NCBI RefSeq assembly: GCF_006345805.1
Contig: NC_043021.1
Span: 3,596,001-3,660,000, forward strand
Source of the DNA: Octopus sinensis
Lineage: Eukaryota
Reading direction: 5' to 3'
DNA: 64,000 nt
Under the pieces are notes generated by a model, which saw only the letters and a program-made list of their open reading frames with translations, searched no databases and was not told the DNA's origin. The position numbers and the translations under genes are program-made. Below are positions 49,071-62,994 of this stretch, in pieces (positions within the stretch are counted from its first letter, which is position 1; every line of letters begins with the position of its first letter).

Positions 49071-52000
49071 TCATCATTATCATCATCATCGTTTAACGTC
49101 CGTTTTCCGCGCTAGCACGGGTTGGACGGTTCGACCGGGGTCTGGGAAGCCAGGGGCTGCTCCAGGCTCCAGTCTGATCTGGCAGAGTTTCTACGGCTGG
49201 ATGCCCTTCCTAACGCCAAATCCATGTAATGGATAATTGGTCAGTTTCAAAACATTGATGTCCAGGTCAGAAAAGCAAAGTTTGAAGGGGAAAGTAGTCA
49301 TTTCCTTTGATTTCAATATAGAAGCAAATAGGAAATAACATTTACTGACCAAAAACAAAACAAAAAAAAGTTGTTACTCAAATGTTATTTCTTCAATTGT
49401 TTGATTACTCTTTTGGTCAATCAGCAAGATTCATTAGAGTTACTTTGTCATCATTCATGACCTTATCAATGACCTTATCTATTCTGGGTCCATTTCATAT
49501 CTCTGGTACATGACTGACCCACTATTAATTATGATACAACCATATTGTAAATCAATTCAGAAAACCTTGAAATCACGGATAATTGTTTTCGGTTCTTGGT
49601 GGTTTTGTTTTCTTTGGAATGTTTGTACACAAAAGAATAATAACTGAAGTCAACTAAAGCCTAAGCCTTAAGTCAAGTTGGTAAGAAACCAAGGAGAGAA
49701 GACGTTGCAGCAGAAACTGGGTCATCCAATCTCCTCCACAACCACCTCACACACAGGTGCACCAGACCTGTAGTTACAGGTTGTTATTGGCTACAAACAT
49801 TTACACATGGATTTCTTTATTCATATTTCCTTGCATGCCCTCATTTGCTTTTAACATGTGTGGCAGTAAAATATTATTGATTTAAATGTGAAAAGTTAAA
49901 GATGACATTTTCTTCCCCTCTCTCTCTCTCTCCTTTCCCTTTTCTTCTTCTTCTTCTGCCTAAACTTCAATGCCACGACCAATACCATCACTGTGATAAC
50001 AGATCATGCCTAGAACAATCACTTCCTTCGGAGACCTATTATTAACAGAAGATAAACAGGACAGGCCACTCCTCTTGTTGATTATCAATAAAAACATTGA
50101 TTTAAACAAACCTGCTCAATGACAATAGCAACCACACCGTACATAGGGCAATGGATTGGACTAGTGTCAGAACAAATGGTTCCTTTGTATATGAAACAAA
50201 AATGGAGTTGATTTCATTCATTTATCCATGCTAGATTGGACAAATTATAAATTATTATTATTATTCAGGAATTGTTTTTTTGTTTTTTTACAGCTGAAAG
50301 AACCAAACCTTTCCCAAAGATGGATTATACATGTAATTTTACAGCTGAATGCATTTCCTGTCACATAGCCCTTGCCTGTTTTCAAGTAAGGATCTCTTAT
50401 GTCATACATCTTTGAAGGCGCAAAGCCAGTGGATGATACTCTGACAGGAGAGAGGACGACAACATCACCACTTCAGATTGGCAATTTTCAGAAAAGCACA
50501 AATGTAAACAAACACTCACACACATGTATGCACATGGATGGATCTTTTATCAACAGAATGACCTACTCTTTGAGTGAATGTGTTAAATTGCCAAGTATTC
50601 CACAGACGTGCATTCGATGTTATTTTCTCATGGAATCAACATGACACAGCATGTGACAAGGCCGGACCTTTGAATTACAAGACACTAAAATGTCTCAACC
50701 ATTCAACATGTAACTTCCTTAATGTCCCATTGCCCTGATGATACTCCACTCAAAATCTTCAATTGAGTGTGAATTGAAACAATTGTAGGCAATGTTAATA
50801 AATAAATTCTATCCATTAAATCTCTTCATTTTCTTGCTTAATAATATTTGATATCTATAATATATATATATATATTAAACCAGTGTAACTTGGATGAAAC
50901 CATCTCAATAAGAGGTTTATATCCTTAAATTATATATATATATATATATATTTATCCTTTGTATATGAGTGAAAAGTGTAATTATTTGTTAAATCATATT
51001 TAGTCTTCCTCTATTATAATTTGCAAATGCCAGACGAAAATATAATTATTCAGTAAAATAAGGATATATTGGCAATGAAATGACTAGTTTCAAGTTTCTT
51101 AGGTTTCCAACCACTTTAAACTTCTTAAATTTGTCTGAAACCATGATGAAGAACAAAGAATTACATGGATGTTATCACCATTTAGTCTCCTCGTTAATAA
51201 AGAAAGTTTGATGATATATCTGTCAGTACAAGAACTGCTGACCTTAACGGTTGACACATAAAGGATGTGAAACGTAAGTTAACTAATGGAGATGTTACTT
51301 CAGTAGAAGACAATTATCAAAGTCACTGGTGCAATGATGCCACAGAATAATTATCAGTTAAAATTAACGAGAGGCAGCTAAGAAATGTGTTGTCTTTTTT
51401 CCTCCCCTTCTTTCTTAATTCTAATTCATCATTTTATTATTCTGATTTAAAACCAGCAGATTTCATCAATCAAACATTTAGAATTGATAAAATATAAAGC
51501 AGTAAGAGACAGGTTTTCATTCCACAAACTAATTCTTTACATTTAAAACTCATTTAAATAAAGACAATGTTGGAATTTCACATCTACAGTGAAATATAAT
51601 ACATAGGACACTTTAGAGAAAAACCATTAAGTCAGTTGGTCTGCTGTGACCACTATTGGAATTTCCCATCAATTACAAAGATACATTGAACAATAATATA
51701 CACACACACACTTATATATATTTATTTATTGTGTGTGTATGTATATTTTATTGTACAATGTGTCTTTGTAAATTATGAAAGAATGTGATTGTGGTCTAGT
51801 CACAGCAGACTGATAGTTTTTCTCTAGAACGGTCCATGCATTACACACACACACACACAAATATTGCACCATGTTGTATATAGTACACAGCAAGGAGGTG
51901 AACTGTCAGGGTCTTTAGACTGTTGGACAGAATGACTTGCAGTATTTATGAACATCTGCATTCAGAGTTCAAATCCTGATAGGGTCAACTTTGACTTTCA

Positions 52001-53255
52001 GCAGGTGATTAAAAAAGTACTAATCCAGTGTAGTAAACTGGTGGAACTGTCAGAAGGTTGGAAAAGCCAATTTAGGGGCATCTGTTCGAGCTCTTCTGCA
52101 TTCTGACGGCAACTCCTTGGATAAATATTGGCATCATAGAGTAGCAAGGGTTGCAAGTATGGGCAACCGCCAGTTTTGCCTAGGTTTGTGCATATATGTG
52201 CAGATGTATGGCCAACCCGGATCGAATGGAAGTCCTGTGTACATGGTGAAAGATTAGTTTAAACACTGGAAAATTAAGCAATCCAGTAAATAATTCCCTC
52301 TTTAAGTTATCCATTTGCATGGCAATGTAAAATATTTATCCATTAGTAACTGGTATATTTTAGCTTTTTTAAAGAATTTCTTTTGTTATAATGAATTATC
52401 AACCACAGTGATAATAGTCCACTCTGCTAGGTGGATAGTGTAAGTTGACCTTGGTAGAATTCGAACTCAGAACATAAAGACAGACGAAATGTCACAAAGC
52501 ATTTTGCCTGGTTCTGTTAATGGTTCTGCCAACTCACCACCAATATTAATTGAGGTTGCTTGCAGATCTTTGCATTCTTCACATTCTTCAGTCCTGAAGT
52601 ATTGTTTGAAAGTTCCCTCCCTCATACAAACCCTACCCAACAAAATAAAAAAATCTAAAAAAAAACAAAAAAAAAACTGAAAACAAGCAAGAAAAGACAA
52701 ATAGTGAGAAACTACAAAACAACGGACCAATACCTTATAACTGTCTACTGTATCTTTTAACCAAACTTACTGACATGGATGATAAAATAAAGGAATAAAT
52801 TTAAAAAAACATTTTTTAGAAAATTAACAAATACAGATAGTAGCAGTGGTTTTTCTGTGTTCTAGGAATTTTGTAAAATAAAACGAAAGAATAAAACAAA
52901 CATTACTGACATGTATTGTTTTATAACAAAAAAAAAAAGGGGGGGAAAAAGAGAGACCAAGTGATATTGACTTAAGGATATTGTCAATAAGGAGTTGGAG
53001 ATGTACAGGAAAGAGAGAGAGAGCTAGATTCTTTCTGTAGGTGTGTGTGTATAGCTTGTTATATATGTGAGTATTTTCTTATGGTGTTAGGTATGAATGT
53101 AGGTAAATAAGGATAATGGCTTGGTTATCTATATTTCAGAAAGTGTGTGTGTGTGGTTTTGTAGGAAGGGTGAGTATGTTTTCCTAGGATTATTCATATT
53201 AGTTTCTATAAGCCAGCATATTTTTGCGTATGCATGTGAGAGAGGGAGGGAGAGA

Positions 53256-53262
53256 GAAAGAG

Positions 53263-53350
<88 letters not shown>
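53256..53350. repeat. Long pure (GT)n microsatellite
   Basis: Directly visible. Confidence 0.97.
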
Positions 53351-53355
<5 letters not shown>

Positions 53356-54119
53356 AACTGCAAGGTTTATTATGAGTGTAGATTTGTAAATTCCTTTATG
53401 TGTATTTATGTGAGTTGTGTATATATTAAGCTTACATGCATGTAGATGTGTGTATTCCTCTAAAGCTATACATGTATTCCTTGGCATTATACATCATGTA
53501 TTCTTCATCATCATCATCATTTAATGTCCTCTTTCCATGCTGGCAAGGGCAGGAGAGTTTGACAAGAACTGGCAGGTCAAAAGACTGCACCAAGCTCTAC
53601 TGTCTGATTTAGCATGGGTTCTACAATTGGATGCCCTTCCTGATGCCAACCAAAGCATACCAGTGCGTTTATTGTGGTACCAGCAGCAATAGTGAGGTCA
53701 CTAAGTAACCTACAAGACAAGACCCCTCAACTGAGGTGTGTGATTAAGAAGTTCACTTCAAAACCATGTGATTTGGGGTCCAGTCCCACTTTGACAAGCG
53801 CCTACTATAGCCCTGGGCCAACCAATGACTTGTGAGGGAATTTAATAGACACAACAGTGAGAAGCCCATCGTGTGTGTGTGTGTTGTATCCACCATACTC
53901 TTGACAACTGGTGTTGGTTTGTTTTTATCCCTGTAACTTAATGGTACAACAGAAAGAGATTGGTAGAATAAGTACCAAACTTAAAACAGATACTGGGGTA
54001 GATTTGTTCAACTGACCCCACAAAAAAGTGCTTCAGTCCCATGACTGAAAAACACAAACAAACATTAGATACTGTTGCAAACCTTTGGTGAAAACAGTCA
54101 CCAAAACAGCTGGGTTTAA

Positions 54120-54616
54120 CCCTTTAGCATTCAAATTAATATGTCAGAAGTAATCCTTATTCTTTTACATTTAAAAAAATTCATCTGGTATTATCTTGTA
54201 GCTTCAATGTAATTGTTTATTTTTAGAATGACATTGCAGGGTAGGTGTGAGATACTGGTTCTGGCCAGTTTGAGCATAAAATGAGTAGAGTATTTGGGCC
54301 GGATATAGCCGGTTTAAACACTAAAGGGTTAAGGTAGGATCAGTAGATTGCAAGTTACCAAGATTTTAACGTCATACATAATTTGATCCTTCGTTAATAT
54401 TTACCCTTTAACATTTAAACAAGTCATATCAGACCCAAATATTTCACTGGTTTTATGTTTAAACAGGCCAGATTCAACCTCTCACGCCTACCCTACACAA
54501 TGTCGTTTCTAAAACAAACAAACACATTATCTAAAATCTCAAAGATATAAGATTAATTCAAAACAATATGAATAAATAAGCATTACATTTGACAGAGTAA
54601 TCTGAATGCTAAGGAG
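54120..54616. mobile_element. Inverted pair of piggyBac-like MITE family 1 copies (54120-54328 and 54404-54616)
   Basis: TTAA ccctttagcatt ... taaaggg TTAA; bodies in opposite orientation about 75 bp apart. Confidence 0.8.
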
Positions 54617-55127
54617 TTAAAGGGAGGTGGAAGGCCTCATTATGTTGTACATTAGTGATATAACCAATCTTACTAATGCTAAGTGACTAAATAGGACAGA
54701 GAAGCCTCTGTTCTTTCTGTCTCAACACTAGTGCTCATCATACCTTTGAGAACCAGGTCAATTTCAAACTATTTGTGAGAGATATCAAAGTCAGTCAATG
54801 TTTGTTATTTTGTAATCTGCTCTGATACAGTCTGATGAATAAGAGGTTAGGATTAAAAGGGGAGAACAACTTCAATATCAGTTCAGTAAAAGTTGATGAA
54901 TTCCTCAATATTTACTTAAGACCCCCCCCCCCACCAAAACAAAAAAAAACAAAAAAAAAAGTTTGTAATAGGGTCAAAATACACAATAACTGAGGGTGTG
55001 GACAGAAACGGAGAACATGCTGAGTGAACACGCAGCAGGACAACGCTTTGATATTGCCGCATTATTACACAATATTAGCTACTGATATTAAGACTATTAT
55101 TTCAAGCAATTAATAAATAGTATGTGT

Positions 55128-55510
55128 GGAGGCGCAATGGGCCAGTGGTTAGGGCAGCGGACTCGCGGTCATAGGATCGTGGTTTTGATTCCCAGACTGG
55201 GCGTTGTGAGTGTTTATTGAGCGAAAACACCTAACGCTCCACGAGGCTCCGGCAGGGATGGTGGTGATCCCTGCTGTACTCTTTCACCACAACTTTCTCT
55301 CACCCTTACTTCCTGTTTCTGTTGTACCTGTATTTCAAAGGGCCGGCCTTGTCACTCTCTGTGTCACGCTGAATATCCCTGAGAACTACGTTAAGGGTAC
55401 ACGTGTCTGTGGAGTGCTCAGCCACTTACACGTTAATTTCACGAGCAGGCTGTTCCGTTGATTTGGATCAACCGGAACCCTCGTTGTCGTAACCGACGGA
55501 GTGCTTCCAC
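55128..55510 (+). mobile_element. Young full-length family B SINE
   Basis: Near-identical to 15001 and 62120; likely TSD ATAGTATGT. Confidence 0.9.
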
Positions 55511-55593
55511 ATATAGTATGTATGCATATCAGTGTGTGTGTGCATGTGAGTGTGTGTGTGCAGACATTTGTGTATATGTGTATGCATATATGT

Positions 55594-55636
<43 letters not shown>

Positions 55637-55926
55637 AATGAAGTTAAAATGTAAGTAAAAAGAGAAACTACATGAAAAAGTCAAATTATTTTATATTACA
55701 ATCCTATGAACTTAACACCATTTACTGTCAGTTTCTTGCAGTTTGTATAAGAGGCTTCCACACAGTTTCCACCAACCAATGTCACTTGAAAGGCATTTAT
55801 CAGCTGGAGGAGGAAGAAGAGGAAGAGGAACACTAGCCCAAGATTGTTATGCAGTAGGATTTGAACCTAAAACCATAAAACTGCATAGAGTGATACCCGT
55901 ACCTATTTTTTTTCTGAGATGAGTTA

Positions 55927-56745
55927 GGTGTGGCTGTGTGGTAAGAAGCTAGCTTCACGTGGTTTTGGGTTCAGTCCCACTGCATGGCACCTTGGGCAAG
56001 TGTCTTCTACTATAGCCTCAGGCCAACCAAAGCCTTGTGAGTGGATTTGGTACACGGAAACTGAAAGAAGCTCATTGTGCATATATATATATATATATAT
56101 ATCTATATATATATATATCTATATATATATATATAGATATTTCCTTACTACCCACAAGGGGCTAAACACAGAGAGGACAAACGGATTAAGTCGATTATAT
56201 CGACCCCAGTGCGTAACTGGTACTTATTTAATCGACCCCAAAAGGATGAAAGGGAAAGTCAACCGTGGCGGAATTTGAACTCAGAACGTAGCGGCAGACG
56301 GAATACTGCTAAGCATTTCGCCCGGCGTGCTAACGTTTCGTGTGTGTATTTATGCGTGTGTATGTCCCTGTAACTTAGTTCGGCAAAAGAGACCGATAGA
56401 ATAAGTACTAGGCTTACAAAGAACAAGTCCTGGGGTCGATTTCTTCAATTAACCCTTTAACCCTTTAGTGTTTAAACCGGCCATATCAGGCCAAAATTTT
56501 CTTCCTGTTTTATGCTCAAACCAGCCAGCTCTGACCTCTCACACCTACCCTACAAAGTCATTCTAAAAATAAACAGGGACATCATCAAAATCTCAGAGTC
56601 ACAAGATGCTGTACAATTAATTTAAAACAATGTGATTAAACAGGCTTTACATCTGACAGATTAATCTGAATGCTAAAGGGTTAAGGCAGAGCTCCAGCAT
56701 GGTCGCAGTCAAATGACTGAAACAAGTAAAAGAATAAAAGAGTTA
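55927..56745 (+). mobile_element. Family C SINE containing a nested family A SINE (about 56140-56340) and a piggyBac-like MITE (56461-56680)
   Basis: The family C tail resumes (ggcagagctccagcatgg) after the duplicated TTAA. Confidence 0.85.
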
Positions 56746-57379
56746 AAAAAAAAGGAATGCAGCCGGCGTGTTTTTCTATTTATTCATCCTGAACGTGTTG
56801 TTGACACGATGTTTCTATAGGAAATCATCACCAAATCATTTGAATTGTTCTATATTGAATTTTTAAAATAGAATTAAAATGTTAAAAATGCCGTCTCTAT
56901 TTGCAAAGGAAGCAACCGAAGGAGCAGGGGAAAATTGATTAAGCACCGTTTCTTGGTTATTTCTTATCCTCCCTTTTGTACGAGTTTATCTAATGCTCGT
57001 TAGATAATGTCAGATTTGAAATAAAGGAATGTTTTCTCGATGTTTAATTTGCTGGATGGTCACAGAATTTCAATTGTACGAGTCTTTCACCAATAACATA
57101 CCAAGGGGTTGAAATCCTGTTGCAGTCCACTTTTATTTTTATCATCTTTTAAGGATCAATAAATAAAAAGAGCAACCTCGTGCTGGTGCAACCGTCTCCC
57201 CATCCAGCTACCACATCCGGGATGTTTCGGTGGGTAAGAACTGGAAGGATAGAAAGGGTGCCTGCAGCTGCCTGTGACTAAATAGGTTCCTTAAACAATT
57301 AGTGAAAAGCAGGACATATGCATGCCACCAGGCTGTATTTACATGCAAGTAATGGCTGTAATTATGTGTGTGTGTGTGT

Positions 57380-57414
<35 letters not shown>

Positions 57415-58553
57415 AGTGTCACAAGCTAAAATCTATCTGTATCATTATTTAACAAGCTCTTCCCATGCTGGCATGGGTTGGAGGGTTTGACAAGAGCTGG
57501 TAAAATCAGAAGACTGCCCTCAGCTCTATCTGTTTTGGCATGATTTCTACAGCTGGGTGCTCTTCCTAATGCCAACCAGTTGTTTGTGTGTGTGTGTGTG
57601 TGTGTCTCTCTCTCTCTCTCTCTCTCCTTGTTCCTGTTTTGGTGTGCCTGTACCCTCAGAACTTAGCAATTCTGCAAAAGAGACAGGCACAATACATTTT
57701 ATAGCAAGGCAGCAAGTAAAGTGCTTTATATCTCACAAAGTAAACATAGAAAAATAATATTTTTCGATACCTCTGCCTCTCCAAGAATAAGTATGTCACA
57801 GTAATATATAAAAAAAATAACCCATTTTTAGGGATCTGTTTTCCTTTCTTTCTTCATTCTCACAACAGGAGAGAAAGGCTTGGCAAAACCAATCTTGTGC
57901 TCCACCTACATTACCATGCAGTCAATGCTGGTGACTCTTCTATGCAAGAATTGGTCTTCAGAGTCATCGATGGGATCACCAAAAAGGAAGCGTTCAACAA
58001 AGAAGAAAATAAATTCTCAGATATGAGATAAAACCACCGCCAGCTTTAAAACAAAATATTTTTAATCCAAATGTTATTACCATGAAAACAAAAAAAATTA
58101 TACCTCACCCCCTAAAAGAAAAAAACAACAAAACCCTTGATTTTAGGAAATTTTAAAAACATATTTATCTTAATTCTAGTGTGAAGCACTTAGAATGTAT
58201 TTTTACTTTGACAACCACTTAATGCAACGTGGTGTATTGTGACAAGCACTTAATCCTTAATCCTGTAGTTAAAACAATTGCTTTCCTGTCAATCTGAGAA
58301 ATCGCCGAATTAACCCTCTTTAAACACTGCCTACGAAGCAAACTTTTTAACTTCACATTGGCAGGAAAACTAGTCTTCCTTGCTTTGCACTGGCACGTAG
58401 GATTTACACAATCTCTAGGCAAACAATCCAAAACTTGAGTGTATAGAAAATGCAGCAAGCCTTATTATAACAATGTTGCAACTTGTTAGACATGAAATGA
58501 CTGAGTGTTCAGGAGATTGGACAAGTATTTTATGAGATATGAAGCCACATCAA

Positions 58554-58885
58554 GTACAGGCATTTTAGTTTGTGACTGGTCAGAATACTGATTCTCAAGT
58601 ATAACTTAATTCAACTTTCCAAAAAGGGTAGATCTTCAGAAAGTGGTACTTTCATTAAACTGGTGTTTAGCTCTTGCCTCCATAATATAGTAAGATCTGG
58701 AGAACTAAATACTAGCTTTTTGAGTGCTACAAGTTCATATCTAGTACAGACATTTTAGTTTTTGACTGGTTAGAATATCAATTCTCAAGTATACCTTAAC
58801 TTTTCATAAACTGGTGTTGTAACTAAGAGAAGGTTTAGTTCTTGTCTCAATATCTGGAGAAGTAAACACTAGCTTTTCGAGTGAT
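58554..58885. repeat. Diverged tandem duplication of an about 190-bp unique segment
   Basis: agtacag.cattttagttt.tgactggt.agaata...ttctcaagtata occurs at 58554 and 58743. Confidence 0.8.
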
Positions 58886-59899
58886 GTGTCTTGTGGAAGT
58901 ATTTATGATTTGCCCATATATAATATTTGTTCAACAAATATTTTAATTAGGTCATTTTAATTAGGTCAAATGAAATACACTTCTGGTTTATAAACAACTC
59001 AGTTCAGGAACTGCACTCCTTATTTGTAAGAATATATAAAGAGAGAAAGAAAAAAATCTGACGGTACTAAACACTTGGACAAATCAAAATTAAATGAAAT
59101 AGATATAGGAAAAAAAACAACAAAAAAAACAACAAATAGTAATGAAAGATATCTTGTTTTCTTTTTCCTCTTGAAGAGATAATAAGCCACTTAGTAGTCA
59201 AGCTAGTAGACAGAATACAAACTTAGAGATCAGATATACTTAATAATAATGAGAGAAGAATGAGACTCTTTCAGTTGTATAGGCCTTATTACAAGTGGCT
59301 TGGGGTTAAGTATCAAAGGTTGGAATATTAAAATAAAAACCATCATCCTGTTTCTAAAGTGATGCTTTTTGATATGCGTATGTTCCCACGTATCATCACA
59401 AACATGCTGATGATGATACTAAAATAATCATGTTAGAGAAATAAAAAAAAAAAATTAAAAATCAGGATATACAAAACATTTTTTTTTTAACAAAAGGAAA
59501 AGTAGCTAAACTACTTGACTTGGTAAATCACAAAAACCAGAGAAGTTAATCCTTTCGCAAGTCACAAGAGCTTATAAAAGCCTTTTGCTTTTATAAGTTC
59601 TACTTTTTATAATGTCAAACAAGTGAAAAATTAATTTTTCATCAGATAGGACATTAGTCTAGCAGCTGCGAGCTGGCAGAAACGTTAGCATGCCGGGCGA
59701 AATGCTTAGCGGTATTTCGTCTGCGTTATGTCGTGAGTTCAAATTCCGCCGAGGTCGACTTTGCCTTTCATCCTTTCGGGGTCGATAAATTAAGTACCAG
59801 TTACGCACTGGGGTCGATGTAATCAACTTAATACCTATGTCTGTCCTTGTTTGTCCCCTCTATGTTTAGCCCCTTGTGGGTAATAAAGAAATAGGTATA

Positions 59900-61945
59900 A
59901 CTTTCCCAGAAGGACTGGAATTTCATCTGTTCTTAAGCTAAGTCTTGAAATGCCTGAAGCAGGATCAGAACTCTCAATCAACGAACCGATATTTTAGATA
60001 TCTTATCCACACCACCTTTCTTGGTAAGAAGGGGCCCAGGCAAAGGTTTCTGCAATGTGCTACTGAACAAATTCAACAGAATATTGATGCACCGTAGTGA
60101 GAGAAAAGAAGCAGGATTTAATCCCAGGGTAACACAGCAAATTTTCACATTGAAAAACACTGTGGAACAATGAACAGAATTCTAGCAGGTCTTGTCAATT
60201 AGATTCATGGACTGCAAAAAGATATTTGACAACATTCATTGGGAACTACTATGGAAGATTGCTCAAGTTTGAGCTGGTTAGGGCGGCGAGCTGGCAGAAT
60301 CGTTAGCACGCCGGACGAAATGCTTAGCAGTATTTCGTCTGCTGCTACGTTCTGAGTTCAAATTCTGCCGAGGTCGACTTTGCCTTTCATCCTTTCGGGG
60401 TCAATTAAATAAGTACCAGTTATGCACTGGGTTCGATGTAATCAAATTAATACGTAAGTCTGGCCTTGTTTGTCCCCTCTATGTTTAGCCCCTTGTGGGT
60501 AATAAAGAAATTGGTATCCCCAAAAGCTATCTAAATATCATCAAAAATCTTCACAAAAACTCTGGCTGCTGTGTCAGGACAACTTCTTTTTTAGCATCAT
60601 GATTGGCATCTGTCAGTGCTATATCCTCTCACCCCGTCTCTTTCTGCTAGCAATCAATTTGGCAATGACGAAGAGAACTAATCAGAGAACTGCAGGACTT
60701 TCAAGAAGTAAAATGGAAAAGCATTGTAATCCGACTTTTGGCAAAAACATTTCACTGCTAGTAGAAACCGGATCTGAGCTGCAAGTGGTAATGACCTAGT
60801 TCAAGGAACAAGTAAGACATATATCAAATACAAAAGCAGCTGTGAAAAGACAGGTGATGCAGATTGCTTTCCACAACCCAACCTCCCATCTTCATCAGAC
60901 AGCGGGTTGAGGAAGATGCGGACAATCTCTCCTGTAGCGTATGTAATTAGAAGTGATGGAAGAATAGAAAGTGATGTGAAGAGCAGAATTGGCAAAGAAG
61001 GGGCCATACTCTAGTGTACGTCCCAAATGTGGATAACTACAAGCTTCAGTAGTGCAAGGAAGGTGCAGTTACAAAGTATAATAGTTCTGCAAACAGTTGT
61101 GTGTGGCAGTGAAATAACAGCAAAGGCAGAAGCTGGACATATTTCACCAATGATATTGGCAGACCTTCAAAATTACTTGATAAGATAGAATTAGAAATAA
61201 GGACATCCTTCAGGGAAGCAAAATACCTATTTCTTTACTACCCACAAGGGGTTAAACACAGAGAGGACAAACAAACGGATTAAGTCGATTACATCGACCC
61301 CAGTGCGTAACTGGTACTTAACCCTTTAGCATTTAAACCGGCCATATCCGGCCAAAAGTATTCTGCCTGTTTTATGTTCAGACTGGCCAGATCTGGTCTC
61401 TCACACCAACCCTACAATATCGTTTTAAAAATTAACAGCTACCTCATCAGAATCTCATAGCTACAAGATTAATGAATGATTAGTTCAAAACAATGTGGAT
61501 GAAAAAGCATTAATTTTGGCAGAATAATGTGGACACTAAAGGGTTAATTTATCGACCACGAAAGGATGAAAGGCAAAGTTGACCTTGGCGGAATTTGAAC
61601 TCAGAACGTAATGGCAGATGAAATACGGCTACGCATTTCGCCCGGCGTGCTAACGTTTCTGCCAGTTCGCAGCAAAATACCAGCAGCAGCTACACCTGCA
61701 GGACATTGTGGCCTGCATAGGCCACATTGGCAAGCAACAACTACAATGATGTTGACACCGGAAGGAAGAAAACACAAAAAAGGGCTGGTTCAAGGACAGT
61801 TAGTGTCAGACATTCCAGGAAGTCCTCGAATGAATGAGGACAGCTGGTCAGGAGTAGAGAAAACCATGGCAGATGGAGCACACAGGCAGAAGCTTACTGC
61901 TTTATATATCTCACACCGTGGGAAGACTTAAGTATAACTAAGTCC
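59900..61945 (+). mobile_element. Decayed RTE-clade LINE (RT domain to 3' end) with nested SINEs and a MITE
   Basis: Degenerate motifs: GIPKSYLNIIKNLH, CQCYILSPRLFLLAI, SDGRIESDVKSRIGK, TPEGRK; many stops and frameshifts. Confidence 0.8.
61322..61543. mobile_element. piggyBac-like MITE family 1 inserted at the TTAA of a family A SINE
   Basis: ggtacTTAA-ccctttagc...cactaaaggg-TTAAtttatcgac; the empty SINE reads ggtacTTAAtttatcgac. Confidence 0.9.
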
Positions 61946-62119
61946 ATCTCAAGAATCATCTCATCCACAAATGCTATTGTTTGTGAACAAAGCATCAAAC
62001 ATTGCAACATCACTTTTCTCCATTCCTCTAATAAGGAAATCATACTCACAGCTGTATTGCACCATCTGTAATGATAACGATTTCTGACTTTGGACACAGA
62101 AATATGACATTTTGGCAGT

Positions 62120-62502
62120 GGAGGTGCAATGGCCCAGTGGTTAGGGCAGCGGACTCGCAGTCGTAGGATCGCGGTTTCGATTCCCAGACCGGGCATTGTG
62201 AGTGTTTATTGAGCGAAAACACCTAAAGCTCCACGAGGCTCCGGCAGGGATGGTGGTGATCCCTGCTGTACTCTTTCACCACAACTTTCTCTCACTCTTT
62301 CTTCCTGTTTCTGTTGTACCTGTATTTCAATGGGCCGGCCTTGTCACTCTCTGTGTCACGCTGAATATCCCTGAGAACTACGTTAAGGGTACACGTGTCT
62401 GTGGAGTGCTCAGCCACTTACACGTTAATTTCACGAGCAGGCTGTTCCGTTGATCGGATCAACCGGAACCCTCGTCGTCGTAACCGACGGAGTGCTTCCA
62501 CC
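62120..62502 (+). mobile_element. Young full-length family B SINE
   Basis: TSD ACATTTTGGCA at 62107 and 62503. Confidence 0.9.
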
Positions 62503-62994
62503 ACATTTTGGCAATGAAGTAGAGTTCATTTAATTGACCTCACTATCTTATGGACTCCAAAAATATGAAAGATAAAGCAGACCCAAAGAGGATTTGAACT
62601 CAAAAACATAAGAAATATGTCAGGTACTTTAACAATTCTGCTACTCACTACCTTTCCTTTATAATGATGATGATGATGATACCTTTTCTCAAAGCAAGGC
62701 TTTTCCTATAAAGGAAGATGTATAGATAACAAGTTCAGAACATTATTAGTGCCTATTTTATCAACTTTAGAGGGTAGCCACCCCATCTCTATCAGAGGTG
62801 CATAAGTCTGAACTTAGGAATATAAGATGGTACTGAAATACATCCTGTAAACTGTCTAATCTGGTTACAGTTGTAACAACCTCATTGCATTTGACTAAGT
62901 AAAGGAATCTTTCAATGGTTGCTCAATCTGCTAGAACAGCAATCAAATTCCTCTCAAATCACATCTGCTATCTTGGCAAAAAAAAAAAAATGCT

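Noticed and set aside
50395-50480. Alternative candidate upstream SSH exon (…GFAPSK-AT|GTATGA, phase 2)
   Set aside because: No start codon in frame, weak acceptor, and no SSH similarity
56750-57330. Unique CpG-containing stretch as a promoter or conserved element
   Set aside because: No motif or structure I can support without comparative or chromatin data
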